Source of the DNA: an uncultured Poribacteria bacterium
GTDB lineage: Bacteria; Poribacteria; WGA-4E; WGA-3G
Reading direction: 5' to 3'
DNA: 64,000 bases
Assembly (NCBI GenBank): GCA_951813565.1
Contig: OX638351.1
Coordinates: 3,616,001-3,680,000, forward strand
Below are positions 27,797-37,803 of this stretch, piece after piece. Numbering within the stretch: position 1 is the first letter of the stretch; the number at the start of each line of letters is the position of its first letter. The notes beneath the pieces were generated by a model. That model was not told the origin of the DNA and searched no databases. It saw nothing but the letters and a program-made list of their open reading frames with translations. A program made the position numbers and the translations under genes.

Positions 27797-29593
27797 TTAA
27801 GTTTTTTTTCTTTGACGGGAAGAGAGAATACCAAGTTCTTCACGATATTTTTGAACAGTCCGTCTTGCAACAACAATACCGCTTTTTTTCAATGATTCAC
27901 TTACTGCTTGATCGCTTAAAGGTTTTGCTGGACTTTCCTTACTTATCAAATCTTTAATTTCGGCTTTAACATGTTCAGCAGATACCGAATTGCCTTGCGT
28001 TGTTGACAATTGATTACTGAAGAAGAACTTCAATGGGTAAGTACCAAGAGGTGTTTGAACATATTTGTTACTCGTGACACGACTCACAGTTGATTCATGG
28101 ACACCTGCCATATCAGCCACGGTTTTTAATGTCAAAGGTTTGATGCTTTGCGGGCCTTGTGTTAAGAAGTCAGCTTGAACTTTGAAAATAGCCGTCGTTA
28201 CCCGTTCAATAGTACGACCTCGCTGTGCTATACTGCTAAGCAGATCCTCGGCATCATTATATTTCTTTTGAATCCATTTTTTTGTTTCTGAATCTAACAC
28301 TTTACTATCATCGCGCATCAGGCTAATATAGTAAGGATTCATACGCAAACGTGGAATATAATTATCGATCGGGAAAATATAATAATATTCATCAATTTCC
28401 ACAATCTGTACATCAGGTGTGATCCCTTGAATTGTTTCTGGCGATTTAACCAAGTCCTTTACAGATGGATCAGAAAAGTAGCGTCCTGGATATGGTGACA
28501 AGGTGCCGATCCATTGTGATGCTTTAAGAATTTCATCTCTGCCTACTTCAAGTGTCTGAGAAATAGCTGCTACTCGGCTGTTCAATAGATCCTCTAAATG
28601 ATGTTCTACAATTTCTTTGGCAAGTTGAAAGGAAACATCGCTATCATGCGGCATTACCCCGTTTTGCTTATAATGCTGCATTTCATAGTGTCGAATCTGT
28701 ATGCACAGTGTTTCTGTAAGGTCACGATAAGCGATGCCTGCGGGTTCAAATGTCTCTTGTATTGTGTGTAGAACTCTCTCTACATCGGATACAGCACATC
28801 CGACTTCTAACGCGATATCTTCTAAAGTAAGTTCGTATAGGTTGAGTTCAGTCCCTTCGTGTTTAACTGTATATCTCTTTTTGCTAACTGTATCAACGAT
28901 TTGCCAGCTTTTGATTTCACCAATGCTTTCAGAATTTCCAAGTTCTGAAACTATAGGATTGATCTCAAAAAATAGTTTTTTGACTTCTTCTTTTGATTTT
29001 TTGCCATTATTCGTTGTGTCGCTGAGGTTTTTGGATAATATTATCTGTAATTCTTCTGATAAACACGCATTTTCAAAATCAGCAACGAATTCAATAGGGA
29101 GAGGAAACAACTTCAACTTGAGTTGGCCATCATCGTTTAGATTTCCAATAATCAATTCCCCGATAGCACGTTCTGTTTCGGCGAAAGGTGCTAATTCAAG
29201 TTGTTGATTAAGATAGTTCTGGAGAGACTGTGCTTCAGCAATATCTGGTTCGGGCGTATCTGGATCATCATATTGTTCATTTACTGTTGTACCAGGTACT
29301 CGCATGTCATCAAACACGGAATGCCAGTCAATATCAACGGAAGTGTCCACGTGATTGATATTTTCTTCAGGTTTGCTCCATTCGGGTTCTGGATCATAAT
29401 CTTCCATAGACAGTGCTGTTTCAGGCTCTTCCTCAATTTCTAAGAGTGGATTTTGGTTTAACTCTTGCTCTATAAACTGCTTTAACTCAAGCTGTGGCAT
29501 CATAAGCACCTTAATTGCTTGTTGCAACTTTGGTGTCATGATGATTTTTTGTTGTTGAGTCTGAGTCTGAACAAGTTTCGGTTGTATTTTCAT
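27797..29593 (-). CDS. rpoN: RNA polymerase sigma-54 factor (contains a ~95 aa insertion)
   Basis: Q-rich region I (MTPKLQQAI), HESTVSRV HTH, RpoN box ARRTVQKYRE. Confidence 0.95.
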   Translation of the reverse strand: MKIQPKLVQTQTQQQKIIMTPKLQQAIKVLMMPQLELKQFIEQELNQNPLLEIEEEPETALSMEDYDPEPEWSKPEENINHVDTSVDIDWHSVFDDMRVPGTTVNEQYDDPDTPEPDIAEAQSLQNYLNQQLELAPFAETERAIGELIIGNLNDDGQLKLKLFPLPIEFVADFENACLSEELQIILSKNLSDTTNNGKKSKEEVKKLFFEINPIVSELGNSESIGEIKSWQIVDTVSKKRYTVKHEGTELNLYELTLEDIALEVGCAVSDVERVLHTIQETFEPAGIAYRDLTETLCIQIRHYEMQHYKQNGVMPHDSDVSFQLAKEIVEHHLEDLLNSRVAAISQTLEVGRDEILKASQWIGTLSPYPGRYFSDPSVKDLVKSPETIQGITPDVQIVEIDEYYYIFPIDNYIPRLRMNPYYISLMRDDSKVLDSETKKWIQKKYNDAEDLLSSIAQRGRTIERVTTAIFKVQADFLTQGPQSIKPLTLKTVADMAGVHESTVSRVTSNKYVQTPLGTYPLKFFFSNQLSTTQGNSVSAEHVKAEIKDLISKESPAKPLSDQAVSESLKKSGIVVARRTVQKYREELGILSSRQRKKT

Positions 29594-29694
29594 CACGCGG
29601 CACTCCAAAAAATCCCTTTTGAACGTTAGCGTGTTGTGCCAGCAAACGTCTTAAGATAAGTAGTTCTCAAGCGATAACCGATGCTAAAGTTCCT

Positions 29695-30471
29695 CTATGA
29701 GTTGTTCTCCCCTTTTGCATAATGAAAGTTATGACCAAAATAAAGTTCTCTGGCAACATCGCTATTGAGAAGTTCTTCAGGCGTGCCTGATAGTGTAATT
29801 TTTCCATCAGCTATAAGGTATGCACGATCAACAATATTGAGGGTTTCAACAGCATTATGGTCTGTGATAAGGATACCAAGATTCCTATTTCGCAAATGTA
29901 AAATGAGCTGTTTAATGTCAGCAACAGCAATCGGGTCAATCCCCGAAAGCGGTTCATCTAATAAAATGAACTCTGGTTGTGCTGCAAGTGCACGGGCAAT
30001 TTCCGCACGACGACATTCACCTCCCGAAAGCGTATATGCCTTGCGATTTAAGAGATTAGAAATACCGAGTTCATCGGTGAATTCCTGTATGCGCGTTTCT
30101 CGATCATCCTTCGGCAGCCCGCGTGCTTCTAAAATCGCTTCAATGTTTTGTTTCACCGTTAATTTACGGAAAATTGATGTCTCCTGTGAAAGATAACCGA
30201 TACCGAGACGAGCACGTTTGTACATCGGTAGGAATGTTATATCCCTATCTCCATAAGTGATCCGACCAGCATTTGGACGGATAAGACCGACTACCATGTA
30301 AAATGTCGTTGATTTTCCCGCGCCGTTTGGCCCCAACAAACCTACTATTTCGCCTTGCTGCACCGACAAACTCACTTCGTTGACGACTATTGGACCCCGT
30401 CGTGTATATCTTTTAACGAGATTATGTGTTTGTAGTTCTGTTGCCACGTTATTGCTACCTGTGTTCTCCAT
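29695..30471 (-). CDS. lptB: LPS export ABC ATPase
   Basis: GLLGPNGAGKSTTFYM, LSGGE.RR.EIAR, ILITDHNA.ETL; sits upstream of rpoN. Confidence 0.95.
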   Translation of the reverse strand: MENTGSNNVATELQTHNLVKRYTRRGPIVVNEVSLSVQQGEIVGLLGPNGAGKSTTFYMVVGLIRPNAGRITYGDRDITFLPMYKRARLGIGYLSQETSIFRKLTVKQNIEAILEARGLPKDDRETRIQEFTDELGISNLLNRKAYTLSGGECRRAEIARALAAQPEFILLDEPLSGIDPIAVADIKQLILHLRNRNLGILITDHNAVETLNIVDRAYLIADGKITLSGTPEELLNSDVARELYFGHNFHYAKGENNS

Positions 30472-30557
30472 TTACTTGTATTTGGCGTCCTGCCTATTGG
30501 AAGGTGTGCCGATTAATGTTAAAATGTTCGGAGCAGAAAGTATTCGGAAACCAACAA

Positions 30558-31553
30558 CTATTGTTCTTCCTTTGGTTTTTCTGCTTCATCAGCTTCTTCT
30601 TCTGATTCGGTAGGTTCAGTCTCTTCAGATTCAGCTGGCTCAGTCTCTTCAGATTCAGCTGGTTCGGTCTCTTTTTCAGATTTAGATTCTGCGTCTTTCT
30701 CTCCCTTTTCAGTTTCGGGAGGTGTGGTTTTTTCTTCAATATCCGCTTTGCCAGAGTCAGCGTTAGGTCCCTTTTCAGTCTCTTTTTCTGTCTCAGGAGA
30801 GTCAGCATTTTCGTCAGTATTGCTCGGCGTTGCAGAGGTGTCCTTACTATCAGAGCTGCCTTCCTCTGATTCCTCTGCTGTTGGTGTTGCTTGCGTAACG
30901 GTTACGCTGAATTTAACGTCCCCTACTCCGGTCTGTTTACCTGTTGTTCTATTGAAAGTGAAGAGTTTTGTTTCAAGTCTATCTTTCTTTTGTAAAACAA
31001 CAACGTTATCTTTTAGAACAATGATATTTGTCAAATTGTTCATGGTTGCATGATCACATGTCGCAAAGATTTCTTGATCACGTATTTCTACATTGCCCTC
31101 AGCGACAATTTCTGTTGTCTCACCGGTTTCTGGATTAGCCTTGAGGGTAATTTTATCAGCATTGAGAAACCCGATTTCAACGCCTTGCTCGTTATGTCTT
31201 TTGGTTTTTGCATTTCCGATCAGGATTGTAATCCCTGTTTTCTCATACCGTTCCATTTCATCTGCGGTACCGGTGATTACTTCTTTAGTCGGTTCAGTCG
31301 AGGTATCATTATTATCAGATTTTTTTTCTGTATTATTGCTTTCGGTTGGTTTAACTTGCGTTTCTGGATTCTCTTCTACCTGCGTTACAACTTCATCATC
31401 CTTTTTTTCTGAGTCAGGTGTTTCCGCTGCCCATATAGGAAAGGCTGTCAGACAGATAACTACCCCGAAAAAGATTGGCCAAATTCCAACGAATTTCGAT
31501 AATCTCCGAGACACCTTCATATTCAACTTACAGATGATTTTCATGCTATTCAT
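30558..31553 (-). CDS. lptA: LptA/OstA-family LPS transport protein with acidic low-complexity tail
   Basis: Signal peptide, beta-jellyroll-like core (AEGNVEI..., VVVLQKKDRL), located between lptC and lptB. Confidence 0.75.
   Translation of the reverse strand: MNSMKIICKLNMKVSRRLSKFVGIWPIFFGVVICLTAFPIWAAETPDSEKKDDEVVTQVEENPETQVKPTESNNTEKKSDNNDTSTEPTKEVITGTADEMERYEKTGITILIGNAKTKRHNEQGVEIGFLNADKITLKANPETGETTEIVAEGNVEIRDQEIFATCDHATMNNLTNIIVLKDNVVVLQKKDRLETKLFTFNRTTGKQTGVGDVKFSVTVTQATPTAEESEEGSSDSKDTSATPSNTDENADSPETEKETEKGPNADSGKADIEEKTTPPETEKGEKDAESKSEKETEPAESEETEPAESEETEPTESEEEADEAEKPKEEQ
30595..30672 (-). repeat. 24-bp intragenic tandem repeat (ETEPAESE x3)
   Basis: Protein tail KETEPAESEETEPAESEETEPTESEE. 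Confidence 0.8.
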
Positions 31554-32112
31554 TTGTTTCCTCATCTTTAGGATAAAGTTTAAATTGATTTTTTGACATC
31601 TTTACGGTTTCAAGATTTGGATTGGCAACCATTTCGGTTCCATACCATGTAGAATCTCCACGCACGATCTTGACTTCAGTTGGTGAGTAGAGCGTTCCAT
31701 CTTTGTTTTTCCACTGGAGTTCTTCTGTATACAACGATCCTTTTTCGTTAACGCCGACTACTTCACCATAAAGAAATAGATTTTCCCTTTCGGGCCCAGT
31801 GCTAAAAAACTTTCCTGTTTTTGCCGTTAACGTGAGAGAAACTTTTCCCTCTTCAAAAATTTGGACCTTCGGATTCTGGATGACAACTTTGTTTCCTCGT
31901 TCTTGTGGTGAGTCACCGACCGTTGTTGAAGTATCTCCGACCAGCGTCCATTTCAGAATTCCTGCTTTTCTGTGCTGCATGGAAAACGTTTCAAGCTGCT
32001 GAGTCGGTGTTGGTTCTGCTGGTTGGTTTTCTTCTTCACGTTCACAACCTATAACGACAAGACAAAGACTCATAAAAAAAACAAGGCATGTATTATTCCA
32101 AAACGTTAGCAT
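31546..32112 (-). CDS. lptC: LPS export periplasmic protein LptC
   Basis: Lipoprotein-like N-terminus (VVIGC), LYTEELQW, G.EM.AN motifs; upstream of lptA-lptB. Confidence 0.75.
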   Translation of the reverse strand: MLTFWNNTCLVFFMSLCLVVIGCEREEENQPAEPTPTQQLETFSMQHRKAGILKWTLVGDTSTTVGDSPQERGNKVVIQNPKVQIFEEGKVSLTLTAKTGKFFSTGPERENLFLYGEVVGVNEKGSLYTEELQWKNKDGTLYSPTEVKIVRGDSTWYGTEMVANPNLETVKMSKNQFKLYPKDEETNE

Positions 32113-33004
32113 ACTTATTCGTTTTACAGGCTTCAGGACGGGTTTTCCACCGTTTATGCATCCAAATCCACTGTTCTGGGTATTTTCGGATGTAAGATTC
32201 AATGATTTTGGTGAATTTTTGTGTGTTGATAACAAGTTCTTTCTCTTTTACATCGCACCGTTCTAACGCCAACGGAGGTTCAATTATCGCCCGATGTTTA
32301 CCATCAGGTTGCCGAATAATAAAAGATGGTAATATCGCAGCCCCAGTTTTGAGCGCAAAAGCAACTGGACTGTAGGGCGTATAAGCAGGTTTACCAAAAA
32401 AGTCTACAAAAACACCTTTCACAGTGGTGTCTACGTCAGCAACAATGCCGAGAAGTTCATTGCGTTTTAGACATCGGAGTGCTTGTCGGACACCGGTATT
32501 TCTATCTATGGTAGAATATCCCGCTTTTTCTCGATAATGACTGACCAACGCGTTTAGCCGAGGTGAACGCAATTCCCGCACAATTGGACTCAACGGTGCC
32601 ACTGTGGCGCTAATACTTGCCGCCAGAAGTTCCCAGTTCCCAAAATGCCCGGTTAATATTATTGCTCCCTTTCCCTTTGCTAAGGCATCTTCCACATGCT
32701 GAATACCTTCAAAACTGACGGACTTTTGGATCTGCTCCGGATTTATGCGTGGAAACTGCATGAACTCTACCACAGTTTTCCCTAAATTTTCGAAGCATTT
32801 CTTTGCTACTGTTTTGACGCTGCGTTCGTCCGCAATATCCAAACGCTGTCTTATGTGCTCACATGCTAATCTTCTTTGCTGTGATGCGAACCAGAAACCA
32901 AGGAGACCCAACCATCCGCCGAGAACCAGTGATACCGAACGCGGAAGACAAGACACACAGAATCCGATCAGTTTGGCGGTAAATCCATAACACCAATCTT
33001 TCAT
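32093..33004 (-). CDS. lpxL: Lipid A / lysophospholipid acyltransferase (HtrB/LpxL family)
   Basis: TGHFGNWE, VDFFG, PEQWIWMHKRWKT. Confidence 0.88.
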   Translation of the reverse strand: MKDWCYGFTAKLIGFCVSCLPRSVSLVLGGWLGLLGFWFASQQRRLACEHIRQRLDIADERSVKTVAKKCFENLGKTVVEFMQFPRINPEQIQKSVSFEGIQHVEDALAKGKGAIILTGHFGNWELLAASISATVAPLSPIVRELRSPRLNALVSHYREKAGYSTIDRNTGVRQALRCLKRNELLGIVADVDTTVKGVFVDFFGKPAYTPYSPVAFALKTGAAILPSFIIRQPDGKHRAIIEPPLALERCDVKEKELVINTQKFTKIIESYIRKYPEQWIWMHKRWKTRPEACKTNKYANVLE

Positions 33005-33214
33005 TAGGAATATAGTATACCAAATTTCTTGCAAAATTACAAAGAAAAATGTAGCGCGGATAATTCAACCATATATAGATTGTACATAACAGTTTGTTGC
33101 ATTATCTACAGATTTTCTTTGTAAATTTTTGAGACACAACGTTTTATTTTCCTTCAACACAACTTGATTTTTCATTGTAATTTCAGGTAAACTCTAAAAT
33201 AGAATGGAATCCTT

Positions 33215-34525
33215 ATGCAGAAACCTGAAAACATCAACAAACAGATAATTCGGCTCACTATTCCGAACACCATCAGCAATTTCTCTATCCCGCTGCTTGG
33301 TGCAGTGGATACTGCTTTGATGGGACGTTTGGAATCTGAACACTATCTCGGTGCAGTCGGCATCGGAGGTATTATCTTCAGTTTTATCTATTGGGGATTT
33401 GGGTTTCTCAGGATGGCGACGACAGGATTGACCGCGCAGGCTTATGGAGAAAGTAATAGGGAAAAATGCGGCCTCTTGCTACAACGCGCTTTATCCATTG
33501 GTATTATTGGGAGTCTTCTGCTGTTAATCTTCCAGTGGGTTCTTGCAGATGTAAGTTTTGCACTGATTGCAACAAGTTCAGAGGTGGATCAACTTGCCCG
33601 TACCTATTTCCACATCCGCATCTATGCTGCTCCTGCGACGCTTTGCTTACATGCTTTCCACGGTGTGTTTTTGGGTTTACAGAATGCCCATTATCCGATG
33701 CTGTTGACAATCCTCGTCAACTTTATAAACATTGTGCTGAATCTGATATTTGTTAATGTGCTTGGCATGAAGGTGGAAGGTGTTGCTTTAGCGACTGTTA
33801 TAGCGCAGTATGTTGGACTCATTCTGGCAGGTGTGCTCTTTTTGGCACGTTATCGTAGTCTCCTAACAACGTGGGATTTTCGAATAATCCTTGCATTTTC
33901 TAAACTAAAGCGATTTCTCAGTATCAGTAGCGATATTTTCATTCGCACGCTTTGCCTCGTGTTTAGCCATGCCTTTTTCACAGCGAAATCCGCTGCTTTG
34001 AGCGACACTTTCTTGGCGATTAACACTATTCTGCTCCAATATATCAATCTTATGTCTTATGCGATTGATGGGTTCGCTTTTGCTGCAGAGAGTATGGTTG
34101 GCAAATACAAAGGCGCGCAGGATATGCAGAACTTAAAGCGGACAACGCGCCATATTTTTCTGTGGGCGTTTCTGTTCAGTGGCACGATTATGTTAGTTTT
34201 TGGTCTTTTTGGAGAGCAACTACTTCGTTTCTTTACGGATCAACACAATCTCATTAGACAAGCAAAACCTTATCTCATTTGGATAATCGTTGCACCTGTT
34301 GTGAACGTCGCTGCCTATATTTGGGATGGAATATATCTCGGCGCGACTGCCTCAAAAGCGTTACGAAATTCTATGATTGTCGCCATGCTGCTCTTTTTAG
34401 GTGCTGTGTATCTGTTGATGCCTTTTGGGAATCATGGGCTTTGGGCTGCATTGACGCTGCTTTTGATTGCGCGTGGTGTGTTGTTGACAGTGTTGGCACC
34501 GAAGCATCTGTTTAGTTTAGCGTGA
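33215..34525 (+). CDS. MATE family efflux transporter (DinF-like)
   Basis: PLLGAVDTALMGRL, FGFLRMATTGLTAQA, DGFAFAAE, GNHGLW; about 12 TM. Confidence 0.92.
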   Translation: MQKPENINKQIIRLTIPNTISNFSIPLLGAVDTALMGRLESEHYLGAVGIGGIIFSFIYWGFGFLRMATTGLTAQAYGESNREKCGLLLQRALSIGIIGSLLLLIFQWVLADVSFALIATSSEVDQLARTYFHIRIYAAPATLCLHAFHGVFLGLQNAHYPMLLTILVNFINIVLNLIFVNVLGMKVEGVALATVIAQYVGLILAGVLFLARYRSLLTTWDFRIILAFSKLKRFLSISSDIFIRTLCLVFSHAFFTAKSAALSDTFLAINTILLQYINLMSYAIDGFAFAAESMVGKYKGAQDMQNLKRTTRHIFLWAFLFSGTIMLVFGLFGEQLLRFFTDQHNLIRQAKPYLIWIIVAPVVNVAAYIWDGIYLGATASKALRNSMIVAMLLFLGAVYLLMPFGNHGLWAALTLLLIARGVLLTVLAPKHLFSLA

Positions 34526-34633
34526 GAAGCAATACTGTAGGTGTCCTTACTACAACAACTGACAACACTACAGCGTATCTCATAAATATTTTAATTGCAT
34601 GCGTATACATGCAAGCATCACAAAACCTAATAC

Positions 34634-35209
34634 AACAGGACTTACGCATTTTTATAATTGGTATGCGTCAATGAAAGTCATCAAAGCGATTGAAAAACTT
34701 TCCAAGATTTACTATGTGCCTCTCAAGCGTAATCGTCTTGTCAATGATACGGATGGTGTTGAACAACACCAACAAGTCCAAGATTTATGTTGGACCCAAA
34801 CAGAAGGACGACAAGGAAAACGAGTGCACATCAATAAGTTTCCAAAAGGACATCAAGTGAAGTTGTTCCGGATAGCGTCCTCTAACGGACACACGGTATA
34901 TATCGCTACAAACGATTTATCTCAATCAGATGCGGATGCCACAATCCAAGAATGTCCAGTGCGTTGGAAGATTGAGCAATTTCATCGTGAGATCAAACAA
35001 GTCACTGGTATTGGTAAATGTCAATGTCGCAAGTTGCGTGCGCAAAGAAATCATATTGCGTGTTGTTTTCAAGTATGGGTCTGTTTGGCACGCACTGCCC
35101 GTGCAGTTGGTAGAACAATTTATGAGCTTAAAGATAGCTTATTGGACGATTATTTACGACATCAACTCTCAAATCCTTCAATAATCTTCAAGACTGCGTA
35201 AGTCCTGTT
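34634..35209 (+). mobile_element. Internally deleted IS701-family element (C-terminal transposase part between both TIRs)
   Basis: 15-bp perfect TIR AACAGGACTTACGCA / TGCGTAAGTCCTGTT; ORF has NWYA, LKRNR, ATND, RWKIEQFHREIKQVTGIGKCQCRK.RAQRNHI. Confidence 0.85.
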
Positions 35210-35394
35210 AGATTAGATCCTAATGCTCCAGCTACATACTATCAGCGGGGTTGTTGAGATCCAAAATAGGTAGAACGCACGAAGCAGTGTTCGCTCTGGA
35301 AAAAGCATTGGAAATAGCCCAGGCTATTGGAAATAAGGAAATGATATCGCACATTCAGAAGATACTTCGTGAATTTAAATTTGATATTTGTTGA
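35210..35394 (+). pseudogene. C-terminal remnant of a TPR protein, truncated by the IS701 end and frameshifted
   Basis: RLDPNAPATYYQR(G)/LLRSKIGRTHEAVFALEKALEIAQAIGNKEMISHIQKIL...* with a 1-nt shift near 35250. Confidence 0.6.
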
Positions 35395-35460
35395 GAATCC
35401 AGGTGCCAGCCGAGCAATACGGCGCATTAGCGAGTTGCTAATGTTTTTCAGGGTTCGTAG

Positions 35461-35613
35461 CGCCGCACCTGTGGTTTCATTGAAGATAGAGACGTTAATG
35501 CTGCTATCAATCTAAAACTTCTCGCGTTTAGGTGGGACGAGAGTCAAAACGCCTATGGAGATTCTATAAGACCCACGATGGTAGTCTGGAATCAAGGAAG
35601 CAGGAAGGGTTGA
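35461..35613 (+). pseudogene. tnpB: TnpB (IS200/IS605/IS607) C-terminal remnant
   Basis: RRTCGFIEDRDVNAAINLKLLA...SQNAYG (zinc-finger end plus RuvC-III DRDxNAAxN), followed by GAAGCAGGAA. Confidence 0.75.
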
Positions 35614-35624
35614 ACTGAACAGAT

Positions 35625-36670
35625 TAGACATTATAATGAATTAGTTTTAAATTTTGTTAACCTCTGTTATACTGACTTATTATCGGACGATAGGAGGTTA
35701 GCTCATGACCAATTTTCAAGATCTCAAAGACAGACCTGATGCGTTTCTGTCCCTCACCGGATATACATTAGTAGAGTTTACAGAACTATTACCTCATTTT
35801 TCTTGTTGTTTTTTAGAATATATGCAAACACATACCCTTGATGGCAAACCACGCAGAAATCGGAGATATAAACCGTATAAAAATAGTCGTTTTGCTTCCC
35901 ATGAAGATATGTTGCTATTTATCTTGATTTACCTTCGTGATGCTCCGAAACAAGTTCTATTGGGTGAGCTCTTTGATATGTCTCAACCACTTGCGAATAA
36001 ATGGATACACTTGCTTTTACCGATATTGAACAAAGCATTAGCAAAACTTGAAGAGCTGCCATCTCGGGAAACAGACCCCGCACCTATGTGCGATACTGGT
36101 GAGGTGTCAACTCAAAGTCAAGAAGTAGAACATTTTTTTTTCATGATGGCACGGAGCGTCTAATACAGCGTCCAAAAGACCCATCAACTCAAAAGGCGTA
36201 TTATAGTGGTAAAAAGAAATGCCATACAGTGAAAAATAATCTGATTATCAATGCGACCTGCAAAGTCGTCCTATTGACACCCTCTTTTGAAGGGAGACAC
36301 CATGACAAACACATAGCCGATAAGGTGGGCTATTGTGTGCCACAGGGAAGCACCTTGTATCAAGATACCGGTTTTCAGGGTTTTGTCCTTCCTGATATAA
36401 ATATCATTCAACCGAAGAAAAAGCCGAAAGGTGGAGAACTGACAGATCAAGAAAAAGAGATCAATAGAAAAATAGCGTCTATACGCATCCGTGTTGAACA
36501 TGCGATTAGTGGTGTCAAAAGATACCGCATTGTAAAAGACAAGTTGCGTAACTGGAAGAAAGGGTTCAGCGACTTAGTCATGGAAACTTGTTGTGGTTTA
36601 CACAACTTTCGACTAAACTTTAGACCCTGGCATTATGAAACCCCTGTTATTTAATTCATTATAATGTCTA
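35625..36670 (+). mobile_element. Complete IS5-family (ISL2-like) insertion sequence
   Basis: 19-bp perfect TIR TAGACATTATAATGAATTA / TAATTCATTATAATGTCTA (terminal TA may be the TSD) enclosing a two-ORF transposase. Confidence 0.9.
35705..36654 (+). CDS. Transposase (HTH + DDE) expressed through a -1 shift at the T9 run 36133-36141
   Basis: ORF1 ends EHFFFMMARSV*; the -1 frame reads FHDGTERLIQRP...YYSGKKKCHTVKN...QDTGFQG...RIRVEHAISGVKR. Confidence 0.85.
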
Positions 36671-36698
36671 TTATAGAAGATTTTGCTATATTAGAGTA

Positions 36699-36850
36699 AC
36701 CCAAGTTGCTACCTATATCGCGAATGCTCTTGTAGGAGGGGTTTCTAACCCCGATTTAGAAAAGAAAGCATAAGAATTAGCTGGAAATCCTTGTTTTTCA
36801 GTAAAAAGCAATGTCTGCAAGCTTGAAATCTTGTCCGTAGCAACTTAGGT
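36699..36850. mobile_element. MITE with ACC(C/T)AAGTTGCTAC TIRs, 7-bp TSD and REP-like cargo
   Basis: ACCCAAGTTGCTAC / GTAGCAACTTAGGT; TAGAGTA duplicated at 36692-36698 and 36851-36857; internal GTAGGAGGGGTTTCTAACCCCG. Confidence 0.85.
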
Positions 36851-37104
36851 TAGAGTAGGTTACCCACAGCGCCGCGGCTCAAGATCGTTGCATTCGTTGT
36901 TGACTTCGCTTTCTTGCTGGCATTTGCGCCAAGATGAACCGCTGTTATAAGCTCATAATCAATATGAGCATGAAGATTTTCGCGGTTCATATTGAAAATG
37001 TCCTCACCAGTATAGTCCATACGGTTTCAAGCGGATATGAAAATCGGCTCAAACCAAGTTATTACTGGATTCAAGCCGATTTAGAAAATGTCCGATATTT
37101 GCGC

Positions 37105-37803
37105 TTATCGGACGTTTTTGATGCTTCCCCATGTGGTTGTGAGCTTGGCTTTAGGGTCTACGGCAGTAGCACTATCATCGCCGAAGTACTCAATTTCGCC
37201 AATTTGAAAGTACGCCCCAGCCGGGTTCGATGCGGTGTCAAAAGTAACATGCCGAAAAAACCGATACCCGGTTTTTTGAACGTCGAAATCTTCCCCTGCC
37301 TCAAAAAGGACGACTTGCAGTCGCTGATCCCAAAAGCTATCCCCGTCGTGAGAAAAGATGGCAGTAAAATCTTCGCCGTCGTTCGACCCCTGAATCTCCC
37401 ACACTGTTGGGTCCCTTGCAGGAACATCGTTCGCTGAAGATACGGTGAAGTGTGTCAATATGTACGACTCCTCAAACTCAGCTGTCACGTGTAGACCTTC
37501 TTCCGGAATGCCGCCCCCACGTCCGCAGCACCATTTGGCATTGCCGCCGCCAAGGACGTTATCAAAGACGTTAAACGAAAATTCCCCGCCCCCGAATCCG
37601 GGTTCTTCATTGGCTGAGAAAATGGCGTTGTAACCCTCATCTGCATCAGGAGCACCATCGTCTTCTGGGTCGGTTAGGTCTCCTCCCAGCAGTGCCCCCG
37701 TTCCTGTTCCCAAGACTTCCTCCGCCTGTGCCATGCCGCTCGTGCTGATAATACAATAGGCTATCATCAACACAAATCCTGCTAATACCAACATAATCTT
37801 CAT
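37105..37803 (-). CDS. Secreted discoidin/F5-8-type-like protein with C-terminal AVDPKAKLTTTWGSIK motif
   Basis: Signal peptide; SANDVPARDPTVWEIQGSNDG...YRFFR...FQIGEIE pattern; AGGAG SD. Confidence 0.75.
   Translation of the reverse strand: MKIMLVLAGFVLMIAYCIISTSGMAQAEEVLGTGTGALLGGDLTDPEDDGAPDADEGYNAIFSANEEPGFGGGEFSFNVFDNVLGGGNAKWCCGRGGGIPEEGLHVTAEFEESYILTHFTVSSANDVPARDPTVWEIQGSNDGEDFTAIFSHDGDSFWDQRLQVVLFEAGEDFDVQKTGYRFFRHVTFDTASNPAGAYFQIGEIEYFGDDSATAVDPKAKLTTTWGSIKNVR

Noticed and set aside
28832..29116. Intein in RpoN
   Set aside because: No C/S start or HN/HQ-C/S/T end motif
29628..29642. Sigma-54-like TGGCAC motif upstream of rpoN
   Set aside because: GG-to-GC spacing is 8 nt rather than the required 10
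36934..37437. 167-aa plus-strand ORF and other long antisense ORFs (e.g. 7209-7934, 31093-31596)
   Set aside because: They are shadows of well-supported genes on the opposite strand
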